This document shows, one piece after another, positions 42,366 to 53,002 of a stretch of DNA of 64,000 nt. Source of the stretch: a virus; UHGV virus genome UHGV-0036384. One strand, 5' to 3'. Positions within the stretch are counted from its first letter, which is position 1. Each line of letters starts with the position of its first letter. The translations under genes and the position numbers were made by a program. The notes beneath the pieces are model-generated. The model was not told the DNA's origin. It did no database searches and saw nothing but the letters and a program-made list of their open reading frames with translations.

Positions 42366-42659
42366 ATGTGGAGAGGTAATAGTCATGGCAAAAGCCAGAT
42401 GATACTTACCGAATATCAGTTTGACCATAAAACCAATAAATCACGTTCAGTATATTTGCTTCGGCACAATAGCCGCGTAAGGAATACCGTGCTGGAGCAA
42501 AATCTGACTGTTGAAATAGATAATTACGGGGGCTTCAAGCCAACAATTTCGCTTGATGATTTTCCTCGTGGTTTAAGCGAAAGAGAAGCAATGCTGAAAT
42601 TAGCAGAATGGCTACAAAGATTAAGCATTGCTATTGAAGATAACTGGTCTGAACCTTAA
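42366..42659 (+). CDS. hypothetical soluble protein (AT-rich island)
   Basis: ATG 42366 after taagtgagg RBS; 98 aa. Confidence 0.4.
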   Translation: MWRGNSHGKSQMILTEYQFDHKTNKSRSVYLLRHNSRVRNTVLEQNLTVEIDNYGGFKPTISLDDFPRGLSEREAMLKLAEWLQRLSIAIEDNWSEP

Positions 42660-42665
42660 ATTTAT

Positions 42666-43040
42666 ATGATGACACTAAAACATTTTCTTGACCGCCCATT
42701 ATGGGCGGCAGCCGCAGGCTATGACTTTAATTATATGGATTGCATGTCTTATACCGCCAATGCATACGACTATTCCTTCAGTCTGCTGCTTAATTCTTTA
42801 AGAATATTGCCGCAAACAGAAGTTGGAGAGCTTCATTTATGGCTATTGGGCTTTATCGCGGCTGGAGTTGGTATTGCTGTATGGCCTTTTATTTTCTGGC
42901 TGGTGGCTGTTGTAGTGTGGTTTAAGTGCAAGACGTACCGGAGAAAGTATTTCTTAGGTGATGGAATGACTGATATTGCCAAAATGAACATTGAAAGATG
43001 GACTAAGGAATGTGAAAAGAAATGGCGCAAAAAGAAATGA
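42666..43040 (+). CDS. membrane protein (two TM helices, basic tail)
   Basis: 124 aa; LWLLGFIAAGVGIAVWPFIFWLVAVVVWF. Confidence 0.45.
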   Translation: MMTLKHFLDRPLWAAAAGYDFNYMDCMSYTANAYDYSFSLLLNSLRILPQTEVGELHLWLLGFIAAGVGIAVWPFIFWLVAVVVWFKCKTYRRKYFLGDGMTDIAKMNIERWTKECEKKWRKKK

Positions 43041-43954
43041 CCAGAATCACTGAAGAGCGTATATCAGAGATTATTTCCCGTATCGAAATGTATGGTCACG
43101 GTGCTGGATATACGGCAGATGAAGTATTGGCACTTGCCCAAATGGCTTTGGCGGCTTGCAAAGATGATAAAAAAATGAAGTTTATCGACTTGTTAGTGAA
43201 GGAACTGCCTAAGTGCGGCGGGTGGCCTGATGGAATGAGTTATTGTTACCTACCCAGTGTCAATTTAATGGCACCATGCGCGACTTTTGCTTTTGGCTCA
43301 GACCACAAAAAAGACACTTTCTTTGGGCGCAATTTTTGTTGTGAGATTGAGCTTCCAATTGGTGACCTTGATAGCGATGAATACCAGTCAGTTGTCACTC
43401 GCGAACAATACGAATCAGCTCTCATAGCGTCGCAGAAAGTCGAGTTCAATGGTGATGAACTTGAAAGTAAGACTTACAGGTTGGATTTTGGGCAATGGCT
43501 GGAACAGCAACGCGGGAAAATCGATGTGGACTGTGGTTGTGTGTCCACTGAAACATTCATGCACTGGCTGCGGGTAGCTTACGAGGCTGGCAACTATCCG
43601 GATATTCCGGATAGTTCGGTGCCAGCACCAGGAAAGGGCGTCACCGGTGAACGTATCCGAATTAAGCCGCATGTTTATCGCGAACTGGTTAACCGTCTCC
43701 ACGATACAGCGATCAAGTGTGCTGGCACCCAGCAATTACGAGAAAGAATTAGCCGTGTTTTGGGCGACGTTATTACACCAGATCATCATAAACAAGCCGA
43801 GAAAAGTGGCCTGGAAAGGTGTCACCTTGAGGCGGCATTAAACATTAAGCCGGGGCATACGCTTGGCATTATTGATGCACTATTGGTTCATAAGATGGCC
43901 AGGGCTTTATTGCCGCTGGTGGATGCTGGCGATACAAGCGAGGGTGAAGTATGA
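43022..43954 (+). CDS. hypothetical protein
   Basis: 310-aa ORF. Confidence 0.5.
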   Translation: MAQKEMTRITEERISEIISRIEMYGHGAGYTADEVLALAQMALAACKDDKKMKFIDLLVKELPKCGGWPDGMSYCYLPSVNLMAPCATFAFGSDHKKDTFFGRNFCCEIELPIGDLDSDEYQSVVTREQYESALIASQKVEFNGDELESKTYRLDFGQWLEQQRGKIDVDCGCVSTETFMHWLRVAYEAGNYPDIPDSSVPAPGKGVTGERIRIKPHVYRELVNRLHDTAIKCAGTQQLRERISRVLGDVITPDHHKQAEKSGLERCHLEAALNIKPGHTLGIIDALLVHKMARALLPLVDAGDTSEGEV

Positions 43955-44313
43955 GAGTTGCAGATCACATCAAACACCTTGAAAGAATTATCGAAAACGG
44001 TGAACTCTTAAGAGATCAGATGAGACGCACGGCAGAAGTCAGAGAGGCGATAATCCGCAGTCAGGCTGGTAAATTAAAGCAATTATCAGAGATTAACGCG
44101 CTATACAAGAACAGACGTAACCGGGCGGCGCTGCGGCTTCAGAAAGCACGTAATGAAATTAAATTGGTGGAGGCAAAACTGAAAAAACAGATTCAGCGTT
44201 ACGATCAGCAAGATGCTTTTTATGCCGCCATCAAGGCGGCTGCTAATGAAATAGGCATCTGGAAGTTGCTGGTGGAGAAAGCAAAGACGAAGTTAAATGC
44301 CAACGAAAGCTGA
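43951..44313 (+). CDS. coiled-coil protein
   Basis: 120-aa ORF, overlapping start. Confidence 0.45.
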   Translation: MRVADHIKHLERIIENGELLRDQMRRTAEVREAIIRSQAGKLKQLSEINALYKNRRNRAALRLQKARNEIKLVEAKLKKQIQRYDQQDAFYAAIKAAANEIGIWKLLVEKAKTKLNANES

Positions 44314-44387
44314 ACTACAGGTACCCACCAGCACATACAGAAAATGATTGTTTCCACATCAAGGAGATTTTAATGTTTCACTGAACA

Positions 44388-44525
44388 TTAAGTAAGCCAG
44401 TGCATAATTCCATTTTTTACTGACCTTAAAAGCAAAATCAAAACGATGATGAGGATGATCGCCAGAATCTGGCTAATAACAGGCGCATCTAAAAATGCAC
44501 TCAGGAACTGAAAAAAAGCAGTCAT
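44388..44525 (-). CDS. 45-aa hydrophobic peptide (possible small membrane toxin / holin-like)
   Basis: MTAFFQFLSAFLDAPVISQILAIILIIVLILLLRSVKNGIMHWLT; alone on minus strand in AT-rich ORF-poor region. Confidence 0.3.
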   Translation of the reverse strand: MTAFFQFLSAFLDAPVISQILAIILIIVLILLLRSVKNGIMHWLT

Positions 44526-44974
44526 TAAGGTGGTTCCTTGTCAAATGTAAAGGAGCACTTGCTCACGTTGACGTAGAAACCCAACCCCTATATAGTTGGA
44601 TTCGGTGAAAGAAAGTCGTTAACGTGAGCTTACGGCACATGTTTTCGGAACAACATCAGGGAACGGCTAATTCCTTGATGCGGATGGGGTCTGTAATGCA
44701 GACCCTATCTATTAACGTCATGATTGCATCTCAAATTTTCTCCTTATCTTCATTAATCAAAATTCATTTCATTTGTGAAACATCACAATATTTAGAAAAT
44801 GGCCCTCTTGCAAGTGCATAACTTTGTGGATAAATCAGGAAGAAAAAAGTTGATTCTGCGCACGGCAAGGCAGATAAGCTGTGCACAAAAATCAATGGGA
44901 AAAGAAAAAAAATTAAAAGTTACTTTGCTGGTTAAATAATAGTCGTTACGCAATTGTTCTGGATGGGATTTGAT

Positions 44975-45226
44975 ATGCACGATTGGAATATTGCAGCTAA
45001 AAGTCAGGAAGAACGGGATAAGGTTAACGTTGATCTGGCTGCCAGCGGTGTGGCGTACAAAGAGCGATTGAACATACCTGTCATAGCTGAACAGGTAGCC
45101 CGCGAGCAACCAGAGAATCTGCGCACCTATTTCATGGAACGGTTACGGCACTATCGGCAGTTAAGCCTCCAGTTGCCAAAAGGGAGCGATCCGGTGTATC
45201 AGAACGAGGATGCACCAAAAAAATAA
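44975..45226 (+). CDS. hot: Hot, homolog of DNA polymerase III theta subunit
   Basis: [36 protein letters not shown] closely resembles E. coli HolE. Confidence 0.7.
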   Translation: MHDWNIAAKSQEERDKVNVDLAASGVAYKERLNIPVIAEQVAREQPENLRTYFMERLRHYRQLSLQLPKGSDPVYQNEDAPKK

Positions 45227-45311
45227 CGGCAAGATGGGGGAGAAATGTGATTAGCCCCCAGCGTGGCGCGCCTACAAACCCCGCTTTCACAAACTATGCC
45301 TTTTCAATGTA

Positions 45312-45331
45312 TACTGTATGAATAAACAGTA
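45312..45331 (+). promoter_or_regulatory. LexA (SOS) box upstream of humD
   Basis: tactgtatgaataaacagta matches CTGT-N8-ACAG. Confidence 0.6.
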
Positions 45332-45349
45332 TCATTGAGGTAAAACGCT

Positions 45350-45739
45350 ATGGGCTTCCCTTCTCCTGCGGCGGATTATGTTGAAAGCCGAATTTCTCTT
45401 GATCAGCAGATAATTAGACATCCTTCAGCGACCTACTTCATGCGGGCAGCTGATAGCCATCACCGTGAGGGAATATTGCAGGGTGCTTTGCTGGTGGTTG
45501 ATTCCTCGCTTACTCCGGTTGATGGTTCTCTGCTTGTGTGCGCTATGGAGGGTGAATATCGCATAAAGAGATACAGGAAGTATCCGCGCCAGCACCTGGA
45601 GGATTTAAGCACCGGGAAGAAAGAGGCGTTACCAGTAGATGACGATGGATACACGGGCAGTAATGCTGTTTTTGGTGTGATCACTCATGTCATCAATGAT
45701 GCCCGAAGTGGGGAATTTGATGATTGTCCGGTTATTTAA
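45350..45739 (+). CDS. humD: HumD, UmuD homolog (S24 LexA-like peptidase)
   Basis: 129 aa; UmuD'-like fold signature; LexA box upstream. Confidence 0.8.
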   Translation: MGFPSPAADYVESRISLDQQIIRHPSATYFMRAADSHHREGILQGALLVVDSSLTPVDGSLLVCAMEGEYRIKRYRKYPRQHLEDLSTGKKEALPVDDDGYTGSNAVFGVITHVINDARSGEFDDCPVI

Positions 45740-45811
45740 GCTGCAAAGTGCTGGTGCTTTATGCCTGTGAAGTTTATAATTGTGTACACATAACGAGTAC
45801 ACGAGGTGTTT

Positions 45812-46033
45812 ATGCAATCCATTAACTTCCGTACCGCGCGTGGCAACCTTTCTGAAGTGCTCAACAATGTTGAAGCCGGGGAAGAGGTTGAAATCACCCG
45901 CAGAGGCCGTGAGCCAGCAGTAATTGTCAGCAAGGCTACTTTCGAAGCCTACAAAAAAGCGGCGCTGGATGCTGAATTTGCATCCCTGTTTGACACCCTG
46001 GACTCCACCAACAAGGAACTGGTTAACCGATAA
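45812..46033 (+). CDS. phd: Phd antitoxin
   Basis: 73 aa [39 protein letters not shown]..., recognised as P1 Phd. Confidence 0.9.
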   Translation: MQSINFRTARGNLSEVLNNVEAGEEVEITRRGREPAVIVSKATFEAYKKAALDAEFASLFDTLDSTNKELVNR

Positions 46034-46413
46034 TGAGGCATATATCACCGGAAGAACTTATTGCGCTTCATGATGCGAATATAAACCGCTACGGCGGCCT
46101 GCCGGGAATGTCTGATCCGGGCAGGGCAGAGGCCATTATCGGGAGAGTTCAGGCCAGAGTTGCCTACGAAGAGATCACCGACCTTTTCGAAGTCTCCGCC
46201 ACCTACCTGGTGGCTACAGCGAGAGGGCATATATTCAATGATGCCAATAAGCGTACCGCGCTAAACAGTGCGCTGTTATTTCTACGCCGTAACGGGGTGC
46301 AGGTATTTGATTCACCTGAACTGGCAGACCTTACCGTAGGGGCTGCGACCGGAGAGATATCTGTATCTTCTGTCGCCGACACGTTACGTAGATTGTATGG
46401 TTCTGCGGAGTAG
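46033..46413 (+). CDS. doc: Doc toxin (Fic-fold kinase)
   Basis: 126 aa [26 protein letters not shown]..., recognised as P1 Doc; overlaps phd stop. Confidence 0.9.
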   Translation: MRHISPEELIALHDANINRYGGLPGMSDPGRAEAIIGRVQARVAYEEITDLFEVSATYLVATARGHIFNDANKRTALNSALLFLRRNGVQVFDSPELADLTVGAATGEISVSSVADTLRRLYGSAE

Positions 46414-46597
46414 ATTAATGGCACGCAAATACAACAAATTGTCCCGTGAAGCGTTAAAGATGCTTCTTGATGGCGTGAGTCGCCGCGAGGTAAAGCAATA
46501 CCTGGCTGGTAAGCAAATTGGTGCCAGGACCGCTATTGCTGTGTTATGCCGTCAGGAAATGGTTGTGCTTAAACAGAGAATGCCGGGCAGCAGATAA
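46397..46597 (+). CDS. small basic protein
   Basis: 66-aa ORF after doc. Confidence 0.35.
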   Translation: MVLRSRLMARKYNKLSREALKMLLDGVSRREVKQYLAGKQIGARTAIAVLCRQEMVVLKQRMPGSR

Positions 46598-46624
46598 AGC
46601 CCAATCAGTGATTAAAGGTGTGAT

Positions 46625-47668
46625 GTGAAAGCCGTAATTACTCCCTTTGTACAGAAAGAGCTTGGCCTCGCCACGTTCAAAGTGGATCAGGAGGTCAGAA
46701 AGCTGGTGGAGGCTGGCCGTAAATTTATTATGGAGCCGGTGCCGCGTGAGTTAATCGAGCACATGGAAGACGGCCTCGTTGTTACCGAGCAAACCATGGC
46801 AACAAATGAGGCGTTGCAGCCGTTTTTTAACAGCGATGAACTGTTTCGCCGTATTGGTGGAATTGACGCGCTGGTGGCGTGGTTGCGTAGGAAAGAGGGT
46901 CAATGCCAGGCCGCAGATCGTAGTTGGTGTGACAACCATATTGTCCACGCTGAACGAGACAATAGCGCGGTGTTGTTGTGCTGGCATCACGATAACCATT
47001 ACCGGATGCGTGGTTTTAATGAGCTGAAAGAAACGCTGCACAATAATCGCGTTAACTGGATACTGGATGTCGCCCGTCAGGAAATGGGCCTTTCAAATAG
47101 CCATGATTTAAGTATTCAGGAGCTGTGCTGGTGGGCTTTCATGCGCAACATGATGCACCTGATGCCGGAAGAAGTCTGCCGCATATCAATAAATAAGATG
47201 AAGGCTACTCCGCAGGATAGCGGACCTCTGAAAGAGGCGGATATTCGCCCGTATGACGATCGCGCTACAGCATATGTTCAGATGATGGAAGAACGCGCCG
47301 CGCCGATGCGTGCAAAAGTATGCCCTGTGGATGTTGACGCCGACCCTGGCATGGCGCATTTCAAAATACCAAAACTTCAATCGCTAAAATTGCCCGAGTA
47401 CATGGATTTTGTGGCTTCCCGTCCATGCTGTGGCTGTGGAGCTGCGGGAGCTGGCGCTCACATTACGCCTTATATCGTTCGTCATAGTCGATTATGCGCG
47501 CATGACATTTATGCTGTTCCTCTGTGCCAGTCATGCCAGCGTGATATTGAGCGTGACCGCGATAATTGGGAGAAGACGCACGGTAGGCTGGCGATGCATC
47601 AACGATTGTTCTTTGATTACGCGCTTGGAGTCGGCGCTATCACAAGTCATTCGTCGAGCGTTAGATAA
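46625..47668 (+). CDS. hypothetical protein (pdcB-like position)
   Basis: 347-aa ORF; Cys-rich C-terminus. Confidence 0.5.
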   Translation: MKAVITPFVQKELGLATFKVDQEVRKLVEAGRKFIMEPVPRELIEHMEDGLVVTEQTMATNEALQPFFNSDELFRRIGGIDALVAWLRRKEGQCQAADRSWCDNHIVHAERDNSAVLLCWHHDNHYRMRGFNELKETLHNNRVNWILDVARQEMGLSNSHDLSIQELCWWAFMRNMMHLMPEEVCRISINKMKATPQDSGPLKEADIRPYDDRATAYVQMMEERAAPMRAKVCPVDVDADPGMAHFKIPKLQSLKLPEYMDFVASRPCCGCGAAGAGAHITPYIVRHSRLCAHDIYAVPLCQSCQRDIERDRDNWEKTHGRLAMHQRLFFDYALGVGAITSHSSSVR

Positions 47669-47669
47669 A

Positions 47670-47686
47670 ATTGCTCTAATGTATTG
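47670..47686 (+). promoter_or_regulatory. C1 operator-like site
   Basis: attgctctaatgtattg. Confidence 0.4.
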
Positions 47687-47756
47687 CTATTTCTTTAATC
47701 GAGGGTATTATATTCGACGTTGATTAGTTGACATGGGCTAATCAGTAGGTGACAGG

Positions 47757-48209
47757 ATGTTACTTAACTGGCAGGGACGCCACTTCATGGAAATAAATCA
47801 CTCACGAATAACATCGTACGAGATTGCGGATTACATGATCCGCACTAAATCTCTTCTATCAGCGAAAGATCTCGCAGCAATTCTTGAAAAGGAATACCCG
47901 CATCTGGATGTCGATAAGCGCGATGTTTATCTGCGCTTAAAGGCTATCGCTGTGTCTAAGTATTCGTCTGTTTTGATTGATGACAGTACACGCCCACGTA
48001 GATTTCAGATCCACTCTCTGAATCCTGAATTCTTTCGCCGCAGCCGCGCTCCGCGCCGGTTTGATGAAAAACTCCAGAACGAACTCTATATGACGCAGGA
48101 CGAAAAGGAACGCCGGGAGCACCAGCCTTGGGTGATGGCGCGTCAACTTTTCAATAAGGTGGTCCGTCAGCACCGTCATTACGGTAATGCCACATCCGCA
48201 CGTATCTGA
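47757..48209 (+). CDS. lpa: Lpa-like late promoter activator
   Basis: 150-aa ORF immediately upstream of pacA as in P1. Confidence 0.5.
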   Translation: MLLNWQGRHFMEINHSRITSYEIADYMIRTKSLLSAKDLAAILEKEYPHLDVDKRDVYLRLKAIAVSKYSSVLIDDSTRPRRFQIHSLNPEFFRRSRAPRRFDEKLQNELYMTQDEKERREHQPWVMARQLFNKVVRQHRHYGNATSARI

Positions 48210-48295
48210 TTGATTGCTTGCCCGTTCCGGGCCTTTTGACATGTGACTTTCGTTACCCTCGCGTCAAAAAGAGTTTTATACGAAAGGAAGCATAA

Positions 48296-49489
48296 GTGAC
48301 CTGGGACGATCACAAGAAGAATTTTGCTCGCCTGGCGCGAGATGGTGGTTACACCATCGCACAATATGCCGCCGAGTTTAATCTCAACCCAAACACCGCA
48401 CGTCGTTATCTCCGTGCATTCAAAGAAGACACCGGAACAGCGGACAGCCGTAAGCCAAATAAGCCTGTCAGAAAACCACTAAAAAGCATGATCATTGATC
48501 ACGCTAATGATCAACGTGCAGGTGATCACATTGTGGCTGAAATGGCTGAAAAACAAAGAGTTAATGCTGTTGTCAGTGCCGCAGTCGAGAACGCGAAGCG
48601 CCAGAATAAGCGCATAAATGATCGTTCTGATGATCATGACGTGATCACCCGCGCCCACCGGACCTTACGTGATCGCCTGGAACGCGACACCCTGGATGAT
48701 GATGGTGAACGCTTTGAATTCGAAGCTGGCGATTACCTGATAGATAACGTTGAAGCGCGGAAGGCCGCGCGCGCTATGTTGCGTCGGTCCGGGGCCGATG
48801 TTCTGGAAACCACTCTTCTGGAAAAGTCTCTTTCTCATCTCCTTATGCTGGAGAACGCCAGGGATACGTGTATTCGCCTGGTGCAGGAAATGCGCGATCA
48901 GCAAAAAGACGATGATGAAGGTACTCCGCCTGAATACCGTATCGCGAGCATGCTAAACAGCTGTTCCGCGCAGATAAGCAGCCTGATCAACACCATTTAC
49001 AGCATCCGGAATAACTATCGAAAAGAAAGCCGGGAGGCGGAAAAGCACGCTTTGTCTATGGGGCAAGCTGGCATTGTTAAGCTGGCATACGAACGAAAGC
49101 GTGAAAATAACTGGTCAGTGCTGGAAGCAGCTGAATTCATCGAGGCGCATGGCGGGAAAGTGCCGCCCCTGATGCTGGAGCAAATCAAAGCCGATCTGCG
49201 TGCTCCTAAGACCAATACCGATGATGAGGAAAGGCAAACAGCCGTCGGTGGCCCTTCTCTTGAAGATCTGGACAAAGTTGCGCGAGAACGGGCCGCCAAC
49301 CGCCGCGCCGATGCCGCATTGTGGATTGAGCAGCGTAGGGAAGAAATCGCCGATATCGTTGATACAGGCGGTTATGGAGATGTTGATACTGAAGGTGTAT
49401 CAAACGACCCATGGCTGGAACAAGACCTGGACGAAGACGAGGAGGAAGACGAAGAAGTTACCCGCAAGCTATACGGGGATGATGATTAA
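48296..49489 (+). CDS. pacA: PacA terminase small subunit
   Basis: 397 aa, GTG start; contains pac hexamer repeats; acidic C-terminus. Confidence 0.85.
   Translation: MTWDDHKKNFARLARDGGYTIAQYAAEFNLNPNTARRYLRAFKEDTGTADSRKPNKPVRKPLKSMIIDHANDQRAGDHIVAEMAEKQRVNAVVSAAVENAKRQNKRINDRSDDHDVITRAHRTLRDRLERDTLDDDGERFEFEAGDYLIDNVEARKAARAMLRRSGADVLETTLLEKSLSHLLMLENARDTCIRLVQEMRDQQKDDDEGTPPEYRIASMLNSCSAQISSLINTIYSIRNNYRKESREAEKHALSMGQAGIVKLAYERKRENNWSVLEAAEFIEAHGGKVPPLMLEQIKADLRAPKTNTDDEERQTAVGGPSLEDLDKVARERAANRRADAALWIEQRREEIADIVDTGGYGDVDTEGVSNDPWLEQDLDEDEEEDEEVTRKLYGDDD
48489..48680 (+). other. pac: pac packaging site (TGATCA/G hexamer clusters)
   Basis: tgatca at 48489, 48497, 48507, 48523 and tgatcg/tgatca at 48619, 48631, 48642, 48671, within 5' part of pacA. 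Confidence 0.6.
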
Positions 49490-50973
49490 TGGCCAGAAGT
49501 TGCGTAACGGATCCACGTTGGCGCGAGCTGGTGGCGCTATATCGTTATGACTGGATTGCGGCCGCTGATGTTTTGTTCGGCAAAACACCTACCTGGCAGC
49601 AGGATCTGATTATTGAGTCTGTGCAGGAACAGGGTAGCAAGACATCTGTTTCGTCTGGTCACGGTACCGGGAAATCAGACATGACTTCTATCATGATCAT
49701 GTTGTTCATAATCATGTATCCAGGTGCCCGTGCCATTATCGTTGCGAACAAAATTCAGCAGGTAATGACCGGTATATTCAAGTACATCAAGATAAACTGG
49801 GCTACTGCCACCAGCCGTTTCCCATGGCTTGCTGATTATTTTGTTCTGACAGAAACCGCTTTCTATGAGATTACTGGTAAAGGTGTATGGACTGTAGTAC
49901 CGAAGGGCTTTCGTCTGGGAAGTGAAGAAGCTCTCGCCGGTGAACACGCAGATCATCTTCTGTATATTATCGATGAAGCCTCCGGTGTCAGTGATAGAGC
50001 TTTCGGTATCATCACCGGTGCTCTTACCGGACAGGATAACCGCATCTTATTGCTGTCACAGCCTACACGCCCAAGCGGCTATTTCTACGATACACACCAT
50101 AAACTGGCCAAGCGTCCTGGTAACCCTGATGGCGTTTATACGGCGATCACGCTTAACAGTGAGGAATCACCGTTGGTAACGCCAGCATTTATCAAAATGA
50201 AGCTGGCGGAGTACGGCGGGCGTGATAACCCTATGTACATGATTAAGGTACGCGGCCTATTCCCTAAATCACAGGATGGCTTCCTTCTTGGACGTGATGA
50301 GGTTGAACGTGCAACGCGGCGGAAAGTCAAGATTGCAAAAGGATGGGGCTGGCTTGCATGTGTGGACGTTGCTGGTGGTACGGGACGGGATAAGTCCGTT
50401 ATCAATATCATGATGGTGTCCGGCCAGCGAAATAAACGCCGTGTAATCAACTATCGAATGCTGGAATACACAGACGTTACAGAAACGCAGCTTGCCGCCA
50501 AAATTTTCGCAGAATGTAATCCTGAGCGATTCCCAAATATCACCATAGCGATAGACGGCGATGGCCTGGGTAAAGCAACGGCGGATCTGATGTACGAGTA
50601 TTATGGTATTACCGTACAGCGTATACGCTGGGGTAAAAAGATGCATAGCCGTGAAGATAAGAGCCTGTACTTTGATAAACGTGCTTATGCCAACGTTCAA
50701 GCCGCAGAGGCCGTAAAATCTGGTCGTATGAGACTGGATAAGGGTAATGAAACTATTGAGGAAGCGTCGAAAATCCCTGTAGGGATTAACTCCGCAGGTC
50801 AATGGAAGGTGATGAGTAAGGAGGATATGAAGAAAAAACTCAACCTGCACTCACCAGACCATTGGGATACATATTGTTTCGCTATGCTGGCTGATTATGT
50901 TCCCCAGGATGAAGTGCTTAGCGTCGAAGACGAAGCGCAGGTTGATGAAGCTCTGGCATGGCTTAATGAATAA
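49489..50973 (+). CDS. pacB: PacB terminase large subunit
   Basis: 494 aa; Walker A-like [10 protein letters not shown]. Confidence 0.85.
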   Translation: MARSCVTDPRWRELVALYRYDWIAAADVLFGKTPTWQQDLIIESVQEQGSKTSVSSGHGTGKSDMTSIMIMLFIIMYPGARAIIVANKIQQVMTGIFKYIKINWATATSRFPWLADYFVLTETAFYEITGKGVWTVVPKGFRLGSEEALAGEHADHLLYIIDEASGVSDRAFGIITGALTGQDNRILLLSQPTRPSGYFYDTHHKLAKRPGNPDGVYTAITLNSEESPLVTPAFIKMKLAEYGGRDNPMYMIKVRGLFPKSQDGFLLGRDEVERATRRKVKIAKGWGWLACVDVAGGTGRDKSVINIMMVSGQRNKRRVINYRMLEYTDVTETQLAAKIFAECNPERFPNITIAIDGDGLGKATADLMYEYYGITVQRIRWGKKMHSREDKSLYFDKRAYANVQAAEAVKSGRMRLDKGNETIEEASKIPVGINSAGQWKVMSKEDMKKKLNLHSPDHWDTYCFAMLADYVPQDEVLSVEDEAQVDEALAWLNE

Positions 50974-50997
50974 CTCATTGACCATGCCGGATAGAAA

Positions 50998-51849
50998 CTA
51001 TTGCGCGCTTTCGGGGTTGTCGTTTACTGGCTGCCCCTTCTTAGTTTTACGGCTGCGCGTAACTGATGCGGCTGATTTGACCTTTTTCTCTTCGCGAGTG
51101 ATGGCAATTTGTTTTTTTACATTTTCAATATCTGCCAGGCGATATATTTTTGCCTGCGGCCAGCGGTCGCAGATGATCGGTTTTATAGAGTCATAAAGGC
51201 TAAATTTTGCTTTCTCGAATTCACCGTTGATGATGATTCCATCACGGAGAGTTTCATCGCAGATAAACACACCACACAGCGGCACATGGTAACTAACTGA
51301 TTTACCATCATTGTAGTTAGGGCTACTGGAAATGTAGTGGACGCGCAGCATTGTTTCGCTAAAGCCGTGTACACGCATACGGAATTTTTCATCCTCCGGG
51401 TACTGCTTCATTAGCTCTTTTGTTGCTTCCAGGTTCTCTATGTATTTCGCACTGTGCTCATTGATCCCCGCGCTTTTCTGGATGCGAATGTCCTTATCAA
51501 TCAGATGAATAATGCGGCCAGCGGTCATGTTGACGCTGTTCACAGCTTCTGTCTGATAAGTCGTAACCTTACGCACACCGCGAAGGATGTTAGGCACAGG
51601 ATATAAAATAGTCTTTGGGATATTGAGGTCTGGGTACTGTTCCAGTTCCCGCGCCATTAAAGTCCATTTATCAATTTCAGCCTGAATGCTGTCCGTTTCT
51701 TTGAACGGCAGAACGACAACCGGGCGTACAGGACGACCGTCGCTGGCGGCATCAACGTGTTGGGCGCGTGCAACAGCTTTTTTTAGAAAGAGATCCCTGA
51801 AGCTGACGAACTCCTGGTACAGTTGTTCGCCGTAGACATAATTTATCAT
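50998..51849 (-). CDS. c1: C1 repressor of lysis
   Basis: 283 aa MINYVYGEQLYQEFVSFRDLF..., recognised as P1 C1. Confidence 0.9.
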   Translation of the reverse strand: MINYVYGEQLYQEFVSFRDLFLKKAVARAQHVDAASDGRPVRPVVVLPFKETDSIQAEIDKWTLMARELEQYPDLNIPKTILYPVPNILRGVRKVTTYQTEAVNSVNMTAGRIIHLIDKDIRIQKSAGINEHSAKYIENLEATKELMKQYPEDEKFRMRVHGFSETMLRVHYISSSPNYNDGKSVSYHVPLCGVFICDETLRDGIIINGEFEKAKFSLYDSIKPIICDRWPQAKIYRLADIENVKKQIAITREEKKVKSAASVTRSRKTKKGQPVNDNPESAQ

Positions 51850-51943
51850 TGATCCTCCTCCAGAATTGACATGGCCAACAACTCACAGCGGATTACACTG
51901 GGAGTTGTTGGCCACCATTATAGAAGGATCCAACGAAAATAAT

Positions 51944-52507
51944 AGATTTATTAGTGCATTTATTGTGAGTCTGGCTGGTTAGTGGCCATGAGATATTCGA
52001 TTGTGTCAGTGAGATCATCCAGGTCGTCTTGGGTGATGCGGTACTCCTGATTGGATATCTTTGAGTAGTGTTCAGCAATGGCGCGGGCAGCGTCGGTTTC
52101 GGCGGGGTCTACAGATAAAGCGTTAGAGCAATGTCTAACGTCGTCGATGGTTGGTGGAATGAAAGCCATAATTATGCCTCACTGTATTGACAACACAGAG
52201 CCTGAAGCTCTGACCTACTGTTTCACCCATGATCCATGCTGGGGTAATCTAACAACATTGCGCTGTGTGTAAGATGAGCAATGCATAGCTGTAATGCCGT
52301 TGTATAAGGTTTCCCTGTTTGCTCATTTCCTTCTGAGCCGCTCTACAACGCTGAAGACACATTAAATAGTGAATCCAAAGTCGTATTACGAAACGGCGGC
52401 AAAACTATAATTTATTAGAGCAATTGTCAAACAACTATGAAAAACAATCCAGTTTTTGGCTGGTGGAGTGGGATTTTTCTCTCAAAATTTATTGCTCTAA
52501 TAATTCT
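51944..52507. promoter_or_regulatory. immC operator cluster (Op99-like multiple C1 sites)
   Basis: Sites at 51944-51959 (-), 52409-52424 (-), 52491-52507 (+). Confidence 0.5.
51960..52169 (-). CDS. coi: Coi, C1 inactivator
   Basis: 69-aa ORF MAFIPPTIDDVRHC..., upstream of c1. Confidence 0.8.
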   Translation of the reverse strand: MAFIPPTIDDVRHCSNALSVDPAETDAARAIAEHYSKISNQEYRITQDDLDDLTDTIEYLMATNQPDSQ

Positions 52508-52550
52508 TGATTTTTATGCGCAGCTGGACGTAAACTCCTCTTCAGACCTA

Positions 52551-52584
52551 ATAACTTCGTATAGCATACATTATACGAAGTTAT
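52551..52584 (+). other. loxP: loxP site-specific recombination site
   Basis: Exact ATAACTTCGTATA-GCATACAT-TATACGAAGTTAT. Confidence 0.95.
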
Positions 52585-52773
52585 CTTAAGGGTTATTGAA
52601 CATGATCAATTTACCTGTAAATCCATACAGTTCAATACCTTATCAGGTCAAATAGTGATCACTTGATCATTTGATCAAGGTAGCGCTACGTAAAATCTGC
52701 GAAATGTTGGCGGTGTTAGTCCTACAGATTTCGCGTAGCGCACTTAGCACCACCAATCAATCAGAGGTGAAAA

Positions 52774-52995
52774 ATGGGATATTCAGCTGCCAAAGTGTCC
52801 ACTCATCTTGAGCTTGAGAAAAACCGTGGTTACTGGCGGGCAAAAGGGTTTGATCGTGATAGTTGTCAACTGTCATTATCGCGCGGTGAAGAGAAAATAG
52901 AACGCACGCGCGGTCGCTGGCGTTTCTATGACGAGAACCATAAACAGGTAAAGGCAGAGCCGATCCTGTACACTTTACTTAAAACCATTATCTGA
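52774..52995 (+). CDS. small hypothetical ORF between loxP and cre (may be non-coding promoter region)
   Basis: 73-aa ORF. Confidence 0.2.
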   Translation: MGYSAAKVSTHLELEKNRGYWRAKGFDRDSCQLSLSRGEEKIERTRGRWRFYDENHKQVKAEPILYTLLKTII

Positions 52996-53002
52996 GTGTT
53001 AA

